A stretch of 53,650 nucleotides of DNA from Octopus sinensis (GCF_006345805.1 NW_021833868.1:1-53650), one strand, 5' to 3'. Counted from the stretch's first letter, positions 1 through 11,675 are shown. The notes: generated from the letters alone by a model not told the origin. Translations and numbers: made by a program.

Positions 1-99
1 TAAACGAGCGAACACAATACATCGTAACAGCAATCTCTATAGAAGAAGGAAAACAAATGATACGAAGAATAAGAGATTTTAGTCGTTTCTAGAAAAACG

Positions 100-470
100 A
101 GTGCTTTTCTATGAAAAGCCTTTCGGAAGAGTTCAACAATACGTTATTGTCTTTGTGAAAAGTATGCTCTAGTATCTAAGATGTAGAACCTTGCGGCAAC
201 ATCGGACTACGAAAAGTAAATGTAGATCAGAAGTTATGCTGTAGTGGCGAGCAATTCATACCTCTGGATGAAATATTGTATTTGATGATGACAAGAAAGA
301 GCGGGGGAGAAAGAGATAGAACCAGGCTGGTGGTTGTCTGCAAGCAAGGAACTTACAATAAATGGAACTGGCATCAAAGTATCCACGATGCTTCGTGTCA
401 TAAATGGAAGCAATTAATTACGTAAGTTCAATGGAAAGACATTTAAGGTTGTCTCTTTGAAAACAGGTCT
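100..470 (+). mobile_element. possible highly decayed Tc1/mariner transposase remnant
   Basis: Scattered codon-level echoes of transposase motifs (TCTGGATGAAA resembling S/GDE near 262-272, VSKM-like near 170-183). No continuous frame and no TIR seen. Confidence 0.2.
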
Positions 471-519
471 TTGGGGCTATAGAGGAAGTGCTTCTAACTC
501 TAAGGATCTTGTCATTCAT

Positions 520-978
520 ACACACACACACCACACACACACACGCTTCCACACACATACACATGCTTACACAAATACGCATACATTTCCACCTATACCC
601 ATATGAACATACACATATATACGTGCGTGCATGAGCGTATGTGTGTATGCATGTGTGTGTGTGTGTGTGTGTGTGTATGAAGCATTGTAAAATACGGCCG
701 CATTCTCTCTCAAATGCCTGTAGGAATGCATGTATATATCTACACGCGCGCATTCGCGCACACACATGCATATACGTATGTATGTTTATGTATATACAGA
801 GCACACATTTATATATACATATATGCAATACATGTATATATAAATATATATACACGCATAAATACATACGTACATACGTACATACATACATACATATATA
901 TACATACATATACATATATATATATAGTGTAATATATATATATTATCCATGTATATATACATACATATATATATATAC

Positions 979-1009
<31 letters not shown>

Positions 1010-1025
1010 CGTATATATATTTTAT

Positions 1026-1072
<47 letters not shown>

Positions 1073-1160
1073 ATATAATATATATGTAGATATACACACG
1101 GTTGCACACACACACACACACACACACATACATGTCTACGCATCTATAGATCTATACTGT
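520..1160. repeat. compound (CA)n/(TG)n/(TA)n microsatellite tract
   Basis: Directly visible dinucleotide runs; source of the spurious YI/CV/TH ORFs. Confidence 0.95.
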
Positions 1161-2059
1161 ATATATCTGCTTGGCTACAAAGCCACGACAATGCGATCGT
1201 TGTTGGCTCCATAATGGCAGCTACACTGTTTAAATAACAGAATGAAATGGATGTGTTTGAGTTAACTTGAGGCCACAACTCTGTTGACTTTCATCTTTCT
1301 ATAGAATAAGGGACCAACAGCCTCCCTTAGTCACGATATTTGCTGGTTCAATCTACACCATTTCCTGATTCTCCATTTCTTTCTTCGCAATTGTATTCTT
1401 CGTTGTTTTTCTTTTATATTCTTAACCCTAAATTATATTTTTGAACGATAGTCAAACTTTGTTCTCTCTATTTTTGCCTTTTGAACTGCGACTGCAAAAA
1501 CCTGTTTCTCTGAAAATATAAACTGGCAAACGGTACCTTACTATATTCTGTTCGATGCACCTTATCTTCAATTTTAAAGGTATTTCTGCAATGGTATTAC
1601 TAAAAACGATACCCTTAAAAATGATACCTCTCCAAAAATACTATTCTTGTGGTACCCTTCAAATTGTAGTACATTCGAATTGTGCCATTCATTGCTTGTT
1701 TCCGGCACTTTTCTGCGTACTTTGTGCATTTTCTGCATGTTTTTGTATCTCTCACTCTTCCTCTTTGTTTCCTGTTTGTTTCTTCCATGTTTCCTGTAAA
1801 TTTCTTATACGCTTCTTTTCTATTTCCATCATGTTTTTTGCACACATCCTGTGCGGTTCCTGCATGTTTCATACATAATTTCTCTACATTACATGCAACA
1901 CTCTTTTATATCTCGTTTAAACTTACTCTGTATTTCCTGTGTATTTCCTGCTTATTTTATGCATGTATCCCACATGAGATTTTTTCTTCATGCTCTTTTT
2001 ACATGTTCTGTGAACATTTTCGTCTCCAACGAATGAGATATCCAAGACGCCATTACTGG

Positions 2060-2133
2060 AGCTGATAGAAATAACAGCTGAATATCTCTCAATCGCATCC
2101 TATTTTTGTCTCAAACAGAAGGGTCACATGATA
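2060..2133. mobile_element. fragment of interspersed repeat family E
   Basis: GATAGAAATAACAGCTGAATATCTCTCAATCGCATCC resembles the GTTAGAAATAGCTGCCAAATC blocks at 43193 and 43391 and the reverse complement of 48631-48665. Confidence 0.4.
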
Positions 2134-2508
2134 GTGGGAGGAGAGAAAGAGAGAGAGTACTGGGGAGAGAGAGAAAGCGAGAGAGAGAGTATGGGGGTAA
2201 AAGAGAGGCAAAGAAAGAGGAAGAAACAGAAATGGACGTCCACAAAAATTCTTCCAAGAATATTCTACAAATGAGTAAAAAAAAAAAAATGAGTGCGTTG
2301 CGTTATGTAAATAATATAACAAAAACATAATGAATGGGAAATTTGACAAAAACATAACACACGGAAAATTTGTAGTTATTTCCTCATCAGTCAACGTCCA
2401 AAAGATCATTACAATTTCGAACCGTTATTGTTGACATTGTTCCATATCTTATGAAATCACGTCATTAAATATATATAGTCAGCTCTCATACCTCATGATT
2501 TTATGGTT

Positions 2509-2547
<39 letters not shown>

Positions 2548-2597
2548 ATGGTGGTGTGCTACAAACATGGACATGAAAACATGTACAATAAATATAT

Positions 2598-2740
2598 ACG
2601 AGAGTCTTCTTTCGGTTTCCGTATACCAAATCCACTCACAAGGCTTTGGTCGTACCGAAGCTATAGCCAAAGCTCCACACAGTGGGACTGAACTCGGTAG
2701 CATGTGGTTGGGAAGCAAAATCGTTACCACACAGCCATGC
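2598..2740 (-). mobile_element. SINE family A, tRNA-derived 5' part (internally deleted)
   Basis: Matches 3241-3404 (TTTCCGTATACCAAATCCACTCACAAGGCTTTGGTCG...GTGGGACTGAAC...TTACCACACAGCCA). Pol III box A/B-like motifs lie on the minus strand. Confidence 0.85.
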
Positions 2741-2859
2741 GACGGCTCCCTACTCCCCGCAGAACTTGACCTCTTCTTGTACCCATAATTGCTCTTCCTT
2801 AGCGTGAGATCTTAAATTACTTTTCAGTCCTGAAAATGGTTTGAAGAGCTGATCAAATA

Positions 2860-3486
2860 CGAAGGGGTATTGAAAGATTTCTTGCTTTAAGGGTTCCGCC
2901 AAAGACCTGCCTGGAGGTCCAACGTTCCGAGTTCGTTTACATGGTTTAGAAAAACTGAAGGATCGCTGCAGTAAATGTGTGAATCTGAGAGAATATCTCT
3001 CTTTACTCTTTTACTTGTTTCAGTCATTTGACTGCGGCCATGCTGGAGCACCGCCTTTAGTCGAGCAACTCGACCCCGGGACTTATTCTTTTGTAAGCCC
3101 AGTACTTATTCTATCGGTTTCTTTTGCCGAACCGCGAAGTAACGGGGACATAAACACACCAGCATCGGTTGTCAAGCAATGCTAGGGGGACAAACACAGA
3201 CACACAAACACATACACGCATATATATATATACATATATACGACGGGCTTCTTTCAGTTTCCGTCTACCAAATCCACTCACAAGGCTTTGGTCGGCCCAA
3301 GGCTATAGTAGAAGACACTTGCCTAAGGTGCCACGCAGTGGGACTGAACCCGGAACCATGTGGTTGGTAGACAAGCTACTTACCACACAGCCACTCCTGC
3401 GCCTATATGTTGAATAAAAATCATAATCAACTGATCCTCTTGCATTTTCTTTTACCCAAAGCCAGGAACTTTTCAGCAGCCCCTCG
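2860..3486 (+). mobile_element. non-autonomous mariner-type element interrupted by a SINE
   Basis: TA at 2858-2859 and 3487-3488. Imperfect TIRs: CGAAGGGGTATTGAAAGATTTCTTGCTT versus the reverse complement of AAAGCCAGGAACTTTTCAGCAGCCCCTCG. A transposase C-terminal remnant (KCVNL..EYVE*) is split across the SINE. Confidence 0.75.
2997..3404 (-). mobile_element. SINE family A, full-length copy
   Basis: Minus strand reads AGGCGCAGGAGTGGCTGTGTGGTAAG (box A-like), GGTTCAGTCCC (box B-like), body, (TA)/(TG) linker, then a tail ending GACTGAAACAAGTAAAAGAGTAAAGAG. Flanked by ATAT on both sides. Confidence 0.9.
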
Positions 3487-4100
3487 TATACTGCAGCGAT
3501 GTCTCATTCCAGCATTGCAGCCATTTTCCGCATGCTTATGATGAATGTTCAAGCGCCGCTTCAATCGTTCACGTGACCTACTGGATCTTGACTGACATTG
3601 CATAGCAATTGGTCATCTCGAATGAACATCCGATAGTTCATGTATACCTCACCTGCATGGGCACTCTGGTGCGGTCTCATACCAGTGTGACATATGCATA
3701 TTTTTGTGCATAAAGAATATTTAACGAAAGAAATGAGAAACTCTCGAAATGCTATTGATATTAATCTAATTTTTCTTTTCATTGTAGCTTACTTAACTCT
3801 CTCAAGCTCAAAATCTTTAACCTCTGTTCCAAACTGTAACTCCCCACACTTCCCTACCTGCTGCAGGTGATTCAAGATTTTTGTAACATAAATTAAGGTA
3901 TTTGAAATTTGATTTTAAAGAGTTTGGGGATTTTGTCTTCGGGTTAGTATTTTTCTCATTCCCAGTATAAGTTTACCATAAGCCATTTGTTATGGAGTGC
4001 ATTCATCATCAACACCGATGTGGAGGCCAGTGCATTGTAGCTGATTCCTAAATAAGTGTGGCCAGCATAGATGTGATCTTAGTAAGAAGCTTATGTCTGA

Positions 4101-4246
4101 GTTCTGAGTTCAAATGCTGCCGGGATCCATTTTACCTCTCAACCTTTCGGGGTCGATAAAATAAGTACCAGGTGATCGCTAGATCCAATGTAATCAATTT
4201 TCTCCTTCCTCCGAATTTTGCTCGCCTTGTGCTAAAATTTGAAACC
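4101..4246 (+). mobile_element. SINE family B fragment
   Basis: GTTCTGAGTTCAAAT box B-like motif plus CCTTTCGGGGTCGATAAAATAAGTACCAG central block shared with the copies at 7077, 7290, 15185, 30247, 36471 and 46501. Confidence 0.8.
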
Positions 4247-4499
4247 AATATATAAATACGTGGTCAAATGCATGCTCATTCGTGCATGATGTGTATGTAA
4301 GTGTGCGTGTATTTATTTGTGAATATGTAAGCGTATATATGTGAGCGAGTGTGCACGCGTATGAATATGTATTTGAGCGCGCTTGGACGTGAACCTATGT
4401 GAAAAGGAATGGGTGTATATAGGACGAATTAATCGGAATGTACAAATATGTGCATATTTGAGTAGGATGTGTAAAAGTGTCTACAGTCTGTGTTAGAGA

Positions 4500-4716
4500 G
4501 AATGTGTGTGTGTGTGTGTGTTTATGTGTATGTGTGTGTGTGTGTGTGTGTGTGCGTGCATATGAATATGTGCGTGCCTGAGTGAGAAGATAAGTATGTG
4601 TGGTGTACGTTGTGAGTATATGTGATTTGAGAGTGTATATGCGTGTTACTAAGCGTGAATGTATGCTTGAGTGTAAGAATGTATATGTGTGCGGACGTGC
4701 GTATATATATATATAT

Positions 4717-4773
<57 letters not shown>

Positions 4774-5160
4774 AGTGTGTGTGTGTAAGTGTGATATGTG
4801 ATGTTACGTTTAACATTTCATTGTCAACATTTAGAATTAATAGCAGTATGGTGTTTGTATATACATGTTTGCAGACGTATGCATTTTTGCATATGTGTTT
4901 AAATATGTGTGCATAGATATATGTATGTGTGAATGCATGTATATGTTTGTATGAATGTGAGTGTGTTTATGCATACATGTTTGAGTGTATGCATACTTTG
5001 TGCGTAAATGGTTTTGAATGTATGTGTAGATATGATTGCCTCCATGTATGTAGTTTTGCATGTTTGAGTATGCTTAGTATGTGCATGCGTGCGTGTTTGT
5101 GTATGTGTGTGTATGTGTGCGTGTGTATTTGCGTGTGTGTGTGTGTGTGTGCTCATATCT
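4500..5160. repeat. degenerate (TG)n/(TA)n microsatellite tract
   Basis: Directly visible. Confidence 0.9.
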
Positions 5161-5894
5161 AAATAGTTGTTTATATGTATGTGTAAGTTTATGGACGGAA
5201 ATAGAGGGAGGTGAGAAGATACACTTTACTTATATAAGACTGTTGTGTGCCAATCTTCAAATACTTTAATCACACATATATACATACATATATACATACA
5301 TATACATAGACACGCATACACATATACACATACATATATGCATATATATTTAGGGAGCTATTTAAATAACTTGTGTGTGTGTATAATATATGCATATGCA
5401 TATGCACACACACACATTAGGGCATAATGTATGTATATATATATATATATATATATGCACAGACATTATTGAAGCATTTTAAGTGTGTGTGTGTGTGAAA
5501 GAGCGTGTGTGAGAGAATGTGTGAGTGTATGTGTTTGTGTGTACAGATTCTTATACACGCTTAATAAGAGACGCTTATAAATAAACAGCCTACCTCTAAT
5601 ATAGGCAACCATACAACAAGCACACGCACACGTCTCACTCATACAACAACACCGATCTGATAACACACAATAACATACACATACGCACTTACATCCACGT
5701 TCGACATTATAATATGTGTATCTTATCTATATATTATAAAGCGAAGTTTTATTTTTTCCCTCGTATACGTTAAGTTTATTTTTTCAGTAAATTTAATTAA
5801 GAATTCACACGTGTCAATAGAACGCCAAAATATTAGAGTGGTCTGGAATGGTAAAAAGGCTCCGTCATTCTGTGAGCAAATCTTCCAAATGGAA

Positions 5895-6250
<356 letters not shown>

Positions 6251-6680
6251 GAAAAAGTGAGAGAGGGGGAGCGCGAAAGAAGGATTGGGTGAGGCAGAGA
6301 ACGAGGAATAGATTGGTACATAAGTATAGATAAAACGAAATAGTTAAACAACGACACCTACGCATGTATGCATGGATGTGCAATCATATATGTACATATA
6401 TACATATGTATATATATATATGATAATAAATAATATTTACGTGTGTGTATATGTATGCGCGTTGCTTTAATGAAACATATATTTGCATGTGTACATGTGG
6501 GTGAATGTAGCAGCAATGTACGTAGCTTTAATAAAATGGTTTTACAACATGAATAAAACACGTTGCTGATTCACTCATTTCGTCAGAAGAATTGTAACCA
6601 TGTATAGCCATATTCCCAACTATTTATCTAAAAGGAAATAATACACCAGCATCAGTAATGTCGACATCAATATCATAGTG

Positions 6681-7040
6681 AACGTCAGTAAGGAACTTGT
6701 ATTTCATAATAGTTCTTACTGAAGGAAAAAGGAGTCACATCTTCCTTGTATTTGATGTTATGATGGGATCTGATGGCGCGGAGATGTTTGAACTATAGTT
6801 TCATATTCGATTTCATGAGAACCCACAGTATTCGGCATATACAGAGATGATGGCCTAGCTATCACCCATAGATATAAACAACTACATGATCATATATTTA
6901 GAAATAATTTAATTGGCATATATAAGGAATGTAGAATGAAAATCACTACCGGCACCAACTAATGAAGTGTTAATTTCCTAGATGCCATTGTAGTCTTGAT
7001 TACCGGGAAGTACTGCCCTTACACCAATCAAAACATGTAC
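6681..7040 (+). pseudogene. Penelope-like element reverse transcriptase fragment (MGSxDG / YRDDG type)
   Basis: Frame-broken translation gives FDVMMGSDGAEMFEL (6751), GIYRDDGLAI (6833), MKITT, VNFLD (6969) and GKYCPY (7006), in the order of PLE RT motifs 4-7. Confidence 0.8.
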
Positions 7041-7076
7041 ACTGCAAGCACCATTAGTTGGGCAACCATTATAAAA

Positions 7077-7205
7077 AGGTTGGCATCGACCTTTGCCTTT
7101 CGGGGGCGATTAATTAAGTACCAGTCATGTACTTAGGACGATGTGATCGACTTATACCTCCCCCAAAATTTCAGGCCTTATGCCTATAGTAGAAAAGATT
7201 ATTTC
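7077..7205 (+). mobile_element. SINE family B 3' part
   Basis: TTTGCCTTTCGGGGGCGATTAATTAAGTACCAG...CCCCCAAAATTTCAGGCCTTATGCCTATAGTAGAAAAGATTATT. Confidence 0.7.
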
Positions 7206-7289
7206 ATCTTACAAATAGGCGGCATAAATAGCACAAAGGATTATTTTATCTTGCAAGTCGTGCGATTACAAAGATTTTATTTCATCGAT

Positions 7290-7386
7290 TCCAGTGTTCT
7301 AGTACTTGTTTTATCGACCCGGAATGGAGGAAAGACAAAGTTGACCCCGGCGGAATTTGATCTCAGAACGTAAAGACGGACGAAAT
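7290..7386 (-). mobile_element. SINE family B central part
   Basis: GTACTTGTTTTATCGACCC...GGCGGAATTTGATCTCAGAACGTAAAGACGGACGAAAT, the reverse complement of the family B core. Confidence 0.75.
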
Positions 7387-7454
7387 ACATACACACACAC
7401 AAATATAAATTTAGGGAAATAAAGAGAAAGAGAGAGCAGCAGTGTCGTAAAAAT

Positions 7455-7600
7455 AACAACAAAACACAAGGACACCGAAAACGGGATAAAAATTATTATT
7501 AGACTAACAGTTAGATATATAAAAACAACTGGCGTTTCGGGCGTAGTTCCTTCTTCGGGAACGGAGAAAGAAATTCAGAAAAAAGGAAGCGAAGAAAAGA
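7455..7600 (-). mobile_element. PLE-type terminal repeat fragment with degenerate hammerhead-like motif
   Basis: Minus strand reads TTCCCGAAGAAGGAACTACGCCCGAAACGCCAG (7529-7562). It has the layout of the other motifs, but stems I and III are broken. Confidence 0.4.
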
Positions 7601-8060
7601 GACAGAGACTGAATGAAAACAGGAAAAAGTCTGTTGTATGCCTTAATTAGCAAAATTTGTCCAATCTTAGTTATATCTATATTTGCATGTCAATTAGAGG
7701 TGAGTTGTTAATCACTTGAATATATCTCATTAAACTATATGTGTGTGTGTGTTTGTTTTATTTTATTGTATGATTCATTATATATACATTATTTTGTTTG
7801 TATATTCACATTTGTATTGGCACCCATTATCTGTGTCGTGTTTGCTTTCGTCACTTTCATCCAGTTTCGCTCATTAACCCCGGCAGCCTTTTGCTGTTGA
7901 CCCCACGGAAAATGAGGAATATTATCGTTAAAGGCGTTAAATTGTAAGGGCTTTTTGGAAGATAACTGACGAGGAAAGTACGGATCCGTGCCTGGTGTGG
8001 ATTTTACGTTCGTTCCTTTGTTGTGCTTCTGTTTTTTTTAAAACATATATATATATATAT

Positions 8061-8165
8061 CATCATCGTCGTTTAACGTCCGTTCTCCATGCTAGCATGG
8101 GTTGGACGGTTCGACCGGGGTTCTGGGAAGCCAGAAGGCTGCACCAGGCTCCAGTCTAATCTGGC
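8061..8165 (-). mobile_element. 3' end of an RTE-like LINE/SINE tail (family R)
   Basis: CATCATCGTCGTTTAACGTCCGTTCTCCATGCTAGCATGGGTTGGACGG; related to 19214-19385. The (GAT)n-type tail on the minus strand is typical of RTE-mobilised elements. Confidence 0.55.
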
Positions 8166-8166
8166 A

Positions 8167-8258
<92 letters not shown>

Positions 8259-8259
<1 letters not shown>

Positions 8260-8464
8260 TTAATCCAAACATGAACAAAGAGAAAACACAAGAACGCGAG
8301 GACGTGGAACAAGTATAGTGTTATTGGACGCTCAGGATAGGAAAGAAAGGAGGTGGATTTAACGTTTCGAGCGGAGCTCTTCGTCAGAAACATAGGAAAA
8401 TGGAAAGGTCCAAGGAAGGGAAGACGGAGAAAGAAAATCGCCAACGATACACACGCGGTCACAT
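8259..8464 (-). mobile_element. ~205-bp PLE-type terminal element (family P1) carrying a hammerhead-like motif
   Basis: Bounded by (TG)n and TA-rich repeat. Shares TTTCTG..GAAGAGC...GCTCGAAA.GT.AAA with 18479-18672 and 35165-35363, and TATCC(C)TGAGCGT with the 18479 copy. Confidence 0.7.
8358..8390 (-). ncRNA. minimal type I hammerhead ribozyme-like motif
   Basis: RNA: UUU CUGACGA A GAGC-UCC-GCUC GAA ACGU U AAA. Intact CUGANGA and GAAA cores, 4-bp stem II, palindromic ACGU stem III, GUU cleavage triplet, 3-bp stem I. Confidence 0.55.
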
Positions 8465-8503
8465 ATTGAAAAATTTATATATATATTATATATATATATA
8501 TAT

Positions 8504-8736
8504 ATATGAATAAAAAAAGGGAGTTAACGCAGGTTTAAACAAGTATTTTACTTTCTACACATGTTTCGAAAATTCCACTGATACTATTCAAAAGAATAAA
8601 TGGTATTCTTCCCGAAGAGAAGATTGCATTGTTATACCATTTATTCTTTTGAATAGTATCAGTGGAATTTTCGAAACATGTGTAAAAAGTAAAAATACTT
8701 GTTTAAACCTGCGTTAACTCCATTTTTTATTCATAT
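8504..8736. repeat. fold-back: ~103-bp near-perfect inverted arms with 27-nt spacer
   Basis: 8504-8606 is the reverse complement of 8634-8736 apart from a few substitutions or single-base indels. Confidence 0.95.
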
Positions 8737-8912
8737 TATTCAAAATATTCAACGTAAACACGAAGTTTCAACCTTCTAAACAAGGAGTTACACATCTTAC
8801 TTGTGAGATTTTTGCTGCCCTGGTAACTATTTATTTATTTTTCCGTGTTAATTGTAACAGGTAAAAATACACATCTATTTATTTTATATATATCTTATAT
8901 ATCTATATATAT

Positions 8913-8965
<53 letters not shown>

Positions 8966-9089
8966 TTATGGGATGTAATAGTGTCAAGAAGACCCAAAGG
9001 TGTCAGGTAATGCTGAGTAAGTGCTATGGACAGACAATAGTCAAGCTCCAGGTTCGGTGATTATGCGACGGAGGAGTTCAACGTAGGTC

Positions 9090-9306
9090 ATATATCAGCA
9101 TGCGTATATATAAAAAATTAACAATATGATATAAAAATCCAAGGCTGTGAAATATTTCAGAACATTTATAAAGAGGTCTTACAGCTGTTTCCGGGATATT
9201 TTATAAATCCCTTCATCGGAGACGGCGTGAGGAAATGGTTAAGCAACAGTTATTCTAGATAAGATTTGAAATAGAGAGTGAAGAGGAAAATGAAAATAGA
9301 CGTGAG
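9090..9306 (-). mobile_element. PLE-type terminal repeat (family P2)
   Basis: Contains the motif at 9176-9223 and ends at one arm of a 17-bp inverted junction repeat. Confidence 0.55.
9176..9223 (-). ncRNA. minimal type I hammerhead-like motif with CCGAUGA core
   Basis: RNA: GUCU CCGAUGA A GGGAU-UUAUAAAAU-AUCCC G GAA ACAGCUGU A AGAC. Perfect 4-bp stem I, 5-bp stem II, 8-nt palindromic stem III, GUA triplet. Confidence 0.6.
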
Positions 9307-9485
9307 TCATTTCAAAAATACCCTCGATTCAATAACATCGTTTACAAACTCTATGCTTGGAATTACCAATTTTAAATACTATTGGAACTTATACACAAGG
9401 TACAGGAATCTTATATGTATACCATTCTGCCTAAATAATGGAACTGCAGATACAATATCCCTGCATTCCTCACGTCTATTTTCAT

Positions 9486-9765
9486 ATAGATACTTTCTTG
9501 ATACGCCAAAAGTTTTGTTTGTTTTCGTTACGCTAGCTCCTGCCATACAAGCACCAACAATTTGACCTCCGATAGGTCTGAAATTTTAATGAAATTTAAT
9601 TACTTTTTTCTTATGATATCTGAAAAGAAACTGCAATTTTAGCAAAACGTATTAAGCAACACTAATAATAAATCAAAAGACATAAAAATAGACAAGCTTT
9701 TGAGGGTTTTACAGATATTTCAAAATTATGATGCTAGGTGTTTCCATTATTTTGTCCAACCCCTG
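9486..9765 (-). mobile_element. Tc1-like element, 5' TIR and transposase N-terminus
   Basis: Minus strand begins TA-CAGGGGTTGGACAAAATAATGGAAACACC, then DLS..GQIVGACMAGASVTK..FGVSR. Same family as 23638-24454. Confidence 0.8.
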
Positions 9766-9774
9766 TATATGTAT

Positions 9775-10138
9775 TTATCTGTGTGCGTGCGTGTGTGTGT
9801 GTGTGTGTGTGTGTTTTGTGTGCGTGTGTGTGTGCGTGTGTATATATATATCTGGATAGATATATACATATACATAATATATACATATATTTATACACAC
9901 ATGTATAAATACCTTTATACATATATGTATACATTCATATATATATGCCTATACACGCATATATATTATGCCTATCTCTCTCTGTGTATATATGTGTATA
10001 TGTGTATATATATATGTATTATATATATATGTGTGTGTGTGTGTATATATATATATACTTCCGTAGGTACACACTCGCACAGAAACTCATATATGCATAT
10101 TTAAATATAAGTGAGTATATATGAGCACATACATGACA

Positions 10139-10169
<31 letters not shown>

Positions 10170-10460
10170 CATATATGTATATATGTATGTATATTTACAC
10201 GTATATATATATGTACACACACACACACATGTATATGTAAGAACGGTTGTCTGTGAGTTAGTCTGTGCATATGTATGTAGTCATGCAAGACAGTGTAAAC
10301 AGCAGGTCAGGACGTCCCACAGCTCTCCTCAATGTGTCTTACAATGCATCATGAATAATTGGTGGAGAGCAAGTGTGATTGTATCTGCCAGGACTTGAAT
10401 TCTTGTTGCCACACAGAATAACGTTGCACTACCAAAGATGTGTGTTCGTCTGTAACAGGA

Positions 10461-10513
<53 letters not shown>

Positions 10514-10810
10514 CTGTGTGTGTGTGTGTGCGATTGGTGCATAGGGCCTGCAGCATGCGATGTGTGTTTTTATTATACAAAGTAAGGGAAAGTTTCGGCA
10601 TCTATTGTTCTATTGTATCGATCAAATTATACTTACTTCCAATATATTTCCTCCTCCAAGACAATAGTTCTAAGACATATATTTTTGTATACAGGAATAT
10701 ATAAATAGATTCGATTCGTATATACATATATATATGTGTGTATGTATATGTATACATATATGCATATATATATGTGTGTATATATGTGTATATATAGTGT
10801 ATATATATAT

Positions 10811-10869
<59 letters not shown>

Positions 10870-11150
10870 TATATACACATACATATATACAACATATATA
10901 TATGCATATATGTATATATATACATACACATATATATAATATGTGTGTGTTTGTATATATATATATATATATATATAAATATACACAGACACACACATAT
11001 ACGTATGTTTGTATATGTAAATGTACGTACATATATGTGTAAATATATGTATATGTTTATGTATGCAAGTTTGTATTTACACACACACAAACACACACAC
11101 ATACATACACACACACATACACACACAATCACACACACACACGTGTATGT
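9775..11150. repeat. (TG)n/(TA)n/(CA)n microsatellite-dominated region
   Basis: Directly visible, interrupted by short unique stretches at about 10240-10460 and 10560-10720. Confidence 0.9.
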
Positions 11151-11675
11151 ATATTGTATTCTGGTTGTAAATCATGTGGTTATTGTCAAGTAATTTATTG
11201 AACAAATACAAACACAAATGCAGATTCTCTCTATTCTACTTTACACATACACATTCTGTCTGTATGTATGTCTGTCTGCCTGTCTGTTTGTCTGTCTGTC
11301 TCCTTCTGTCACATATACACAAATGTGCACACGCGCACACATACTCATGCGCTCACACACGCACACATACACACAAGAATAGATCGAAACACAGAAAAGT
11401 GCCCAACACACACACGTCCTCTTCCTCTCCCTCTACAAAATAGTTCAGAAGTATTTTAGTCTCTATCTTAAATAGTTATTTTTATTCACTTCAGTTCATT
11501 ACATTTTTTTTCACTTATATATAAGGTGGAAAAAATCGTACTCGAATAGCGATGATAGAATAACATGCTCTTATTAAAGTCGAAAAAGTTTTCACAAACT
11601 GTTACTCAGAGTTTCACCTTACCGTTTGTCGGTCAGTTGTGGTCATACATATATATAATATATATAAGTATATCT

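Noticed and set aside
1555-2065. Overlapping 85-127-aa ORFs on both strands
   Set aside because: They arise from a pyrimidine-skewed degenerate repeat that is poor in stop codons; no domain recognised.
10343-10449. 107-nt minus-strand segment with AG acceptor and GTAAGA donor, one open frame (RTHIFGSATLFCVATRIQVLADTITLALHQLFMMH)
   Set aside because: No recognisable homology and no compatible neighbouring exon; such sites are expected by chance in 53 kb. Only RNA-seq could rescue it.
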